From: Acutalibacteraceae bacterium
Lineage (GTDB): Bacteria > Bacillota > Clostridia > Oscillospirales > Acutalibacteraceae
NCBI GenBank assembly: GCA_045638245.1
Contig: JAZUAZ010000237.1
Coordinates: 1-62,676, forward strand
Direction: 5' to 3'
DNA length: 62,676 nt
The position numbers and the translations under genes are program-made. Numbering within the stretch: the first letter of the stretch is position 1; each line of letters starts with the position of its first letter. This document shows positions 56,907-62,676 of this stretch, one piece after another. The notes under the pieces are model-generated. The model worked only from the letters and a program-made list of their open reading frames with translations. It made no database searches and was not told where the DNA came from.

Positions 56907-57741
56907 TTCTGTTTGTAATAAAATAACTTCTCGGCTTGAATTTGTTTCAGAAAATCCGTACTTTGAAGCTAAAGAGCTTATAAAGTACGTCTGTTGTTTA
57001 AATGAAACGGAATTTTTATTGAGCCGTGATGATGAAATTTCAATTGAGAGAGAAGTAAAATTGTATCAGTTGGCAGAGCAAAGAGTTTCGGGAATTCCAT
57101 TACAATACATCTTAGGAGAGTGGGATTTTATGGGCCATACTTTCCTGGTGGGGGAAGGCGTTCTCATTCCGAGACCTGAGACTGAAATTCTTTGCCAATA
57201 TGTAATTGACTATTTAAAAAATGTATCCAAGCCTTGTGTCATTGATTTATGCTCAGGGAGTGGATGTATAGCAATTTCGGTTAAAATCTCTGTAGAAAAA
57301 GCTGAAGTATATTCAGTTGAAAAAAGCGAGGATGCATACAGATATCTTGAGCTGAACACTAAAAATCTTTGTAAAGATTCGCCGGTGAAATTGATCAGAG
57401 GGGATATTTTTAAAATTGATGATTTTGAAAATCTGCCTTTAGCCGATGTAATTGTCAGTAATCCACCGTACATTAACAGTGACGATATTGAACTTTTGCA
57501 GAAGGAAGTCAGATATGAGCCCGTAATGGCTCTTGACGGTGGAGTAGATGGTCTTGATTTTTATCGGTATATAATCACTGCGTGGAAACACTTTTTAAAA
57601 CCGGATGGTATTTTCGCCTTTGAGTGCGGCGAAGAGCAAGCGTACAAAATAGCGAACATACTTAAGGAAAACGGATTTGACAGTTTTATCTGTAAGGATT
57701 ATAATGATATCGAAAGGTTTGTAATAGGAAGGAGATACTGA
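56896..57741 (+). CDS. prmC: peptide chain release factor N5-glutamine methyltransferase
   Basis: PLQYILGEWDFMG, the SAM motif DLCSGSGCIA and the catalytic NPPY. The start is uncertain (56887 or 56896). Confidence 0.9.
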   Translation: MKLNSVCNKITSRLEFVSENPYFEAKELIKYVCCLNETEFLLSRDDEISIEREVKLYQLAEQRVSGIPLQYILGEWDFMGHTFLVGEGVLIPRPETEILCQYVIDYLKNVSKPCVIDLCSGSGCIAISVKISVEKAEVYSVEKSEDAYRYLELNTKNLCKDSPVKLIRGDIFKIDDFENLPLADVIVSNPPYINSDDIELLQKEVRYEPVMALDGGVDGLDFYRYIITAWKHFLKPDGIFAFECGEEQAYKIANILKENGFDSFICKDYNDIERFVIGRRY

Positions 57742-58430
57742 TGGGCGCATTATCAAAAATTTTAGCAAACGGGTTTACAACAGATACAATACTTGCTTTG
57801 TTTGCTGCTTTGTTTATAATTTTTTGTGTATCACCGCTACATGAGTATGCACATGCATTTACCGCATATAAACTCGGTGACAAAACAGCTAAGTTTCAGG
57901 GGCGTCTTACATTGAATCCGCTTGCCCATATTGATCTGCTCGGAGCTATTATGATTTTAGTTGTAGGTTTTGGCTATGCAAAACCGGTACCGGTTAATAT
58001 GAGAAACTTTCCAAGACATAGAAGAAAGCTCTATATGGGACTCACAGCTTTTGCAGGACCGCTATCAAACATTGTAATGGCATTTGTAATGACAGTGTTA
58101 TATTGTTTCTCTTGGAAATTATTTATCAACAGTAACTATGAAAGTCTGGTTTATTATAATATATGCATATTTTTTGAATATGCGGCTATTATAAATATTT
58201 CTCTTGCAGTATTCAATCTTTTACCGATACCGCCTCTTGACGGATCGAGAATAACAAATGCAGTACTTCCTGATAAATATTACTATAAGATTATGCAGTA
58301 CGAACAGATTATCAGGATAGCACTTTTTGTTCTGATATATATAGGTATACTTGATAGGCCGTTGAGTATTGCTGTTAGTTTTGTACGTGATGGTTTATTT
58401 AATGTTGCATCGGCTATAGTTGGGATATAA
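57741..58430 (+). CDS. M50-like site-2 protease family membrane metalloprotease
   Basis: HEYAHAF (HExxH) and NLLPIPPLDGS motifs within a polytopic 229-aa protein. Confidence 0.8.
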   Translation: MGALSKILANGFTTDTILALFAALFIIFCVSPLHEYAHAFTAYKLGDKTAKFQGRLTLNPLAHIDLLGAIMILVVGFGYAKPVPVNMRNFPRHRRKLYMGLTAFAGPLSNIVMAFVMTVLYCFSWKLFINSNYESLVYYNICIFFEYAAIINISLAVFNLLPIPPLDGSRITNAVLPDKYYYKIMQYEQIIRIALFVLIYIGILDRPLSIAVSFVRDGLFNVASAIVGI

Positions 58431-58451
58431 TAAATTAAATTCAGGAGCATT

Positions 58452-59210
58452 ATGGAAAAAATACAATATAAATTGGATGTTTTTGAAGGACCGTTAGACC
58501 TTCTTTTACATTTGATAAGTAAACATAAACTTAATATAAATGATATACCTATCTTTGAACTTGTTGAGCAGTATATTGATTGTGTACGCAAGATGGAAGA
58601 GGCGGATATGGAAATTGCAAGTGATTTTCTTGAAATGGCTGCAAGACTTGTTTATATCAAGTCAGTATCTCTTCTTCCGGTGTATGAGGAAGCCGAGCAA
58701 CTGAAAAAGGAGCTTACCGGAGAACTTCTTGAATATCAGGATTGCAAGATAATGGCAGGTAAAATAGCTGAAACAGCTGACGGGTTTGATTATTTTTACC
58801 GTAATACTATGAAAATAGAGGCTGACAAAAAATATGATCGCCTGCATGAAAGTAACGAGCTTGTTAATTATTATATGGAAGCTGTCGGTCGAGGTAAAAG
58901 AAAACTTCCTCCACCTGTTGAAGCTTTTACGGCTATTGTTACAAAGAAAATTGTGTCGGTAGCTTCAAGACTCAGTGGTATTTTTGCAAAACTAAAAAGA
59001 AGACCGGTAAATCGTTTGGGAGATTTCTTTGAAGATACATCTTCAAAATCTGAAATTGTTGCAACATTCCTTGCAATCCTCGAACTTATTAAAGCGAGAA
59101 GGATAATGATTAGTGGTGATGATGAGAACTCGTTGGTTGAGCAATCAGGAGAATTTGAAAATGAAGAAGAATTTGATTTAAGCTCGGAGGGGGACAATTA
59201 TGCTGAATGA
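58452..59210 (+). CDS. scpA: segregation and condensation protein A
   Basis: VFEGPLDLLLHLISKHKLNINDIPI N-terminus and a C-terminal winged-helix block (ATFLAILELIK). Confidence 0.92.
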   Translation: MEKIQYKLDVFEGPLDLLLHLISKHKLNINDIPIFELVEQYIDCVRKMEEADMEIASDFLEMAARLVYIKSVSLLPVYEEAEQLKKELTGELLEYQDCKIMAGKIAETADGFDYFYRNTMKIEADKKYDRLHESNELVNYYMEAVGRGKRKLPPPVEAFTAIVTKKIVSVASRLSGIFAKLKRRPVNRLGDFFEDTSSKSEIVATFLAILELIKARRIMISGDDENSLVEQSGEFENEEEFDLSSEGDNYAE

Positions 59211-59784
59211 TACAGAATTACTTGCAACGCTCGAGGCGGTACTTTTTGCAGTTGGTGAGCCTATTGAACTTATAAGGTTATCGCAGGGCTTGCAGGTGAG
59301 CCAAGAAATCGTTGAAAATTCATTACATATTCTTAAGGAAAAGTATGATTCACCTCAGTCGGGCCTGTGTTTATTGAAGCTTGACGATAAATACCAGCTT
59401 TGTACGAAAAAAATGTTTGCTGATTGTATAAGACGGGTGATTGAAATCAAAAAAAATGCACCGTTATCTAATGCAGCCTTTGAAGTACTTGCAATAATCG
59501 CATATAATCAACCTGTGACTAAAGCTTTTGTAGAACAAATCAGAGGGGTTGACTGTAGTGCTGTTATAACAAACCTCTGTCAAAAGTCACTTATTGAAGA
59601 GAAGGGCAGACTTGATCTTCCGGGCAGACCTTTAATATACGGAACAACTCCAGAGTTTTTACGCTGCTTTAATTTATCGTCACTTGACGATCTGCCTGAA
59701 TTGCCTGAAAAAAATGAAGAAAAGTCTGAAAATATACAAGAAGATTTAGGAATAGTAGTTGACGAAAATCAAAAATTAGAGTAA
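59200..59784 (+). CDS. scpB: segregation and condensation protein B
   Basis: LEAVLFAVGEPI start and the SNAAFEVLAIIAYNQPVTKAFVEQIRGV block. Overlaps scpA. Confidence 0.92.
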   Translation: MLNDTELLATLEAVLFAVGEPIELIRLSQGLQVSQEIVENSLHILKEKYDSPQSGLCLLKLDDKYQLCTKKMFADCIRRVIEIKKNAPLSNAAFEVLAIIAYNQPVTKAFVEQIRGVDCSAVITNLCQKSLIEEKGRLDLPGRPLIYGTTPEFLRCFNLSSLDDLPELPEKNEEKSENIQEDLGIVVDENQKLE

Positions 59785-59817
59785 CATATAATGAGAAAGT
59801 TATAAGGTGGTGGAGAA

Positions 59818-60492
59818 TTGAACGGATTTCATATTTTTTTATGTGTAGTTGCAGGAATTATTGGTTTCTTCGTTTTGATTCTTTCGGTGCCTGTTCATGT
59901 TTCGATCGGTTATGACGATAAGATAAGGCTGTCTGTCAGATATCTGTTCTTAAAGCTTAATATTTTACCTTCTGAAAATAAGAAACCCAAAAAAGACAAG
60001 CCTAAAAAGGAAAAGCCGCCTAAGAAGGAAGAACCGAAAAAAGAAGCTGATAAAGAAAAGAAACCGAATCCAATACTCGAGATGGTGAAAGCAAACGGTC
60101 ATGACGGTATGATGCTTGTTATACAGAATCTCGGAAAGGTTATGGGTACATATGGCGGAAATCTTTTCAAAAGTGTTATTTTTGATGAAATAGTTCTTCA
60201 TATCTGTGTGGGAACCGGTGATTCCGCTACTACTGCCATCAAGTACGGTAAAACCTGTCAGAAGGTTTATCCGATTTTTGGATTTATATGTTCTAATAAT
60301 CTTGTAAAGCGGTACGATATTGATGTGCACCCCGACTTTCTTGCTAACAAAACAGAAAGTGAGTTTTATACAGATTTCCATATCTGCATCCGTAAAATTA
60401 TCAATGCAAGCATCGGAATGGTGTTCAGACTAATCTTCAAGGTTGTAATTACGTTCCTTAAAGGTGCCAAAAAGAAAAAAGGAACTGAATAA
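59818..60492 (+). CDS. DUF2953 (YtfI-like) sporulation-associated membrane protein
   Basis: TTG start after AAGGTGG. N-terminal TM helix followed by a K/P/E-rich low-complexity linker. Paired with ytfJ as in Bacillus ytfI-ytfJ. Confidence 0.6.
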   Translation: MNGFHIFLCVVAGIIGFFVLILSVPVHVSIGYDDKIRLSVRYLFLKLNILPSENKKPKKDKPKKEKPPKKEEPKKEADKEKKPNPILEMVKANGHDGMMLVIQNLGKVMGTYGGNLFKSVIFDEIVLHICVGTGDSATTAIKYGKTCQKVYPIFGFICSNNLVKRYDIDVHPDFLANKTESEFYTDFHICIRKIINASIGMVFRLIFKVVITFLKGAKKKKGTE

Positions 60493-60538
60493 TAAATTAA
60501 AAATATAAATTTTTACTGAAATGAAAGGATGATATACA

Positions 60539-60937
60539 ATGGCAGAAAAATCAGCAGGTGCAATTCTCGCATCAACAATCGAAAAAATACGTGAGCTTGT
60601 GGATACAAGCACAATAATCGGAGAGCCTATTTATGCAGAGGGTGGTACCACAATTATCCCTGTATCAAAGGTTACATACGGTTTTGCATCAGGCGGAGCA
60701 GACTTCCCTTCAAAAAGCACTAAAGAACTTTTTGGCGGCGGCGGTGGTGCAGGTGTAACAATCACACCGGTAGCATTCCTTGTTATCAGCGGTGGAGAAG
60801 TTACTCTTAAGCACATAACTGCATATGATAACGCTGCTGAGCGAGTTGTTAACCTTGTTCCTGAGATGTTTGATAAGGTTACAGGTCTTATGAATAAGAC
60901 GAAGAAAGATGTTGCTCCTGCAGAAGCGGAGGCATAA
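60539..60937 (+). CDS. ytfJ: GerW/YtfJ family sporulation protein
   Basis: 132 aa with TIIPVSKVTYGFASGG and GGGGGAGVTITPVAFLVI blocks typical of YtfJ. Confidence 0.87.
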   Translation: MAEKSAGAILASTIEKIRELVDTSTIIGEPIYAEGGTTIIPVSKVTYGFASGGADFPSKSTKELFGGGGGAGVTITPVAFLVISGGEVTLKHITAYDNAAERVVNLVPEMFDKVTGLMNKTKKDVAPAEAEA

Positions 60938-60961
60938 TTTCATAAAGCTATAATTTTAATA

Positions 60962-61000
60962 CAACCGCCTGCATATGATATATCGGCAGGTGGTTGCTTT
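60962..61000 (+). terminator. terminator-like hairpin overlapping the start region of the next gene
   Basis: 11-bp stem CAACCGCCTGC (60962-60972) / GCAGGTGGTTG (60986-60996) with one G-U pair, followed by CTTTGTT. The 3' arm contains AGGTGG. Confidence 0.5.
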
Positions 61001-62111
61001 GTTAATTAAAAAAATAATTATTACAGTATTATTGATTTCATTTTTTACTTTTTCGGTAAATTCTCTGCAAGATGAACACATCAGTGCAAGATCAGCGGTC
61101 GTAATTGATAGTGAGACGAATACGGTTGTGTATGAAAAAAATATGTCTGAGAGACTTTCAATGGCAAGTACAACAAAAATTATGACAGCAATACTTGCAA
61201 TTGAATCAGGAAAGTTGTTTTGCACTGTTACTGCAGAAAGAGATATAGTATGTGAAGGGACGTCTATCGGCATAAAAAAAGGTGACAGCTTTACGCTTGA
61301 AACTCTTGTGTGGGCTATTCTTCTTGAATCCGGAAACGATGCATCAATACTTATTGCAGAGTACCTTGCCGATAACGAAGCGGACTTTGCTGGCTTGATG
61401 AATGAAAAGGCTGTCTCTATCGGTATGAACAATACTAATTTTGTTACAGCATCGGGACTTGACGCCGTCGAGCATTATACTACAGCATACGATATGGCTT
61501 TATTAGCTTCTTATGCAATCAAAAATCCGGTTTTTAAAAATATATGTTCAAGTGAACATTATAAAGCTGAATATATTACTCCTGATATTTCAGAAACATA
61601 CTATAATCATAACAAGCTTCTGAAAATGTATTCAGGGGTTTTCGGGGTTAAGACGGGTTTTACCAAAAAAAGTGGCAGATGTTTGGTAAGTGCTTGTGAG
61701 AAGGATGAAAGTTCACTCATCGTTGTTACTCTTAATGCGCCAGACGATTGGAATGACCACATAAAACTTTATGAATATTGCTTTCAGATTTCAAAAAAAA
61801 TCAATAAAGATATTATGATGCCGCATCGGTTAAGGGTTTACGGCTCTGATGTTGAATGGATAACGCTTAGTTATGATGAAGCTACTGTGAATTCTTTGGT
61901 TTCTGATGATGTGACTTGCATACTGCTTTTGCCTGAATTCGTATATGCTCCTATTAAGAACAATGATCAGATAGGTAAAATCATTTTCTTTTTGAATGGT
62001 GTGAAATATAAAGAGGTGCCGGTATGCGCCGGTTTACAAGCATCATCTGTTGAGGGAAAAGCGAAACCGATATATACTTTTTTTGATAAATTAACAAGTT
62101 TTTTTAATTAA
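60999..62111 (+). CDS. D-alanyl-D-alanine carboxypeptidase (S11, sporulation DacB-like by context)
   Basis: STTK, SGND (SxN) and KTGFT motifs. TTG at 60999 lies 5 nt after AGGTGG and gives a clean KK-plus-hydrophobic signal peptide. The track ATG at 60975 lies in the hairpin loop without an SD. Confidence 0.85.
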   Translation: MLIKKIIITVLLISFFTFSVNSLQDEHISARSAVVIDSETNTVVYEKNMSERLSMASTTKIMTAILAIESGKLFCTVTAERDIVCEGTSIGIKKGDSFTLETLVWAILLESGNDASILIAEYLADNEADFAGLMNEKAVSIGMNNTNFVTASGLDAVEHYTTAYDMALLASYAIKNPVFKNICSSEHYKAEYITPDISETYYNHNKLLKMYSGVFGVKTGFTKKSGRCLVSACEKDESSLIVVTLNAPDDWNDHIKLYEYCFQISKKINKDIMMPHRLRVYGSDVEWITLSYDEATVNSLVSDDVTCILLLPEFVYAPIKNNDQIGKIIFFLNGVKYKEVPVCAGLQASSVEGKAKPIYTFFDKLTSFFN

Positions 62112-62134
62112 AAAATTGAAAGGATGTTTTTAAA

Positions 62135-62676
62135 ATGACAGACGGTAAGGTCAGGCTACAGAAATTCCTTGCGGAGAGTGGGGTTGCTTCCAGAAGAAAA
62201 AGTGAGGAGTTAATTGATGCAGGCAAAGTTAAGGTTAACGGTCATATAGCAGCAATAGGAGATAAAATAAATCCTAAAAAGGACACTATAACAGTTAACG
62301 GAAAAAAGATAGTAAAGCAGAAGGATAATACTTATATAGTACTCCATAAGCCGCGCGGTTTTATAACTACTATGAGTGACGAAATGGATCGAAAATGTGT
62401 TGCTGAACTTATTAAGGATGTTAAGTGTCGCGTTTTTCCTGTAGGAAGACTTGACCGTGATTCTGAAGGAATGCTCATTTTTACTAATGACGGTGAATTT
62501 GCGAATGCCCTTACTCATCCCACAAAGCATGTACCAAAAACATATAGAGTAACGGTTCGTCCGTCGGTTTCAGAGGAACAACTTACAGCTCTTACCGAAG
62601 GTATTATAATTGATGATAGGAAAACAGCTCCTGCAGAGGTTCATATTGTAACAAAAGAAGAAAACAGAGTTGTTCT
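62135..62676 (+). CDS. rluB: RluB-family 23S rRNA pseudouridine synthase, 3'-truncated by the window end
   Basis: Not in the ORF track because no stop falls inside the window. ATG at 62135 follows AAAGGA. The translation has an S4 domain (RLQKFLAESGVASRRKSEELI) and the catalytic block FPVGRLDRDSEGMLIFTNDG. Confidence 0.88.
   Translation, partial: MTDGKVRLQKFLAESGVASRRKSEELIDAGKVKVNGHIAAIGDKINPKKDTITVNGKKIVKQKDNTYIVLHKPRGFITTMSDEMDRKCVAELIKDVKCRVFPVGRLDRDSEGMLIFTNDGEFANALTHPTKHVPKTYRVTVRPSVSEEQLTALTEGIIIDDRKTAPAEVHIVTKEENRVV

Noticed and set aside
62210-62530. 106-aa minus-strand ORF near the window end
   Set aside because: It is antisense to the open-ended plus-strand frame starting at 62135. 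That frame encodes clear S4 and pseudouridine synthase (RLDRDSEG) motifs.
1-62676. CRISPR arrays, tRNA or rRNA genes, IS elements, integrases, prophage or defence islands
   Set aside because: I saw no spaced direct-repeat arrays, cloverleaf-like GC-rich islands, transposase or recombinase motifs, or compositional islands apart from 13413-13598. The window looks like conserved core chromosome.

Overview
AT-rich core-chromosome segment of an endospore-forming Firmicute, probably Clostridia. About 65 CDS are present and all but two are on the + strand. All product calls come from reading motifs in the supplied translations; no database search was run.

Gene content in order:
- S11 D-Ala-D-Ala carboxypeptidase, pgi, a mini P-loop protein, yceD-rpmF, a PDZ/radical-SAM DUF512 gene and der.
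- A rearranged dlt-like operon (ligase, GNAT, carrier protein, MBOAT, SGNH-like protein), then a GH43-like gene.
- A GC-rich structured non-coding stretch and a DUF1292 gene on the minus strand.
- A membrane Hanks-type kinase whose catalytic HRD motif reads YPN, overlapping the first gene of a complete Enterococcus-type V-ATPase operon (F-like, I, K, E, C, G, A, B, D).
- ylmH-like, spoVAF-like, a small 4-Cys protein on the minus strand, and spoIIIAA-AH.
- nusB-xseA-xseB-ispA-dxs-tlyA-nadK-argR-recN, then tyrS.
- GH38 mannosidase, a PHP phosphatase, two M42 peptidases, a GNAT, ynbB-like, DUF2461 and a phosphohexomutase.
- An FG-GAP-like membrane protein followed by an OmpR/HK two-component pair.
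- DUF1385-prmC, an M50-like protease, scpA-scpB, DUF2953-ytfJ, a second S11 carboxypeptidase and a 3'-truncated rluB-like gene.

No rRNA, tRNA, CRISPR array, transposase, integrase or phage gene was seen, so most of the window is ordinary housekeeping and sporulation sequence.

Items worth a second look:
1. The non-canonical dlt-like locus with an embedded GNAT and a Ser at the ligase position where DltA has Cys.
2. The HRD-to-YPN pseudokinase-like gene coupled to the V-ATPase operon.
3. A roughly 190-nt structured RNA candidate at 13413-13598.
4. An identical 20-nt palindromic extended -10 element in front of two unrelated operons.
5. Unusual hairpin, SD and mini-ORF arrangements at several gene junctions.
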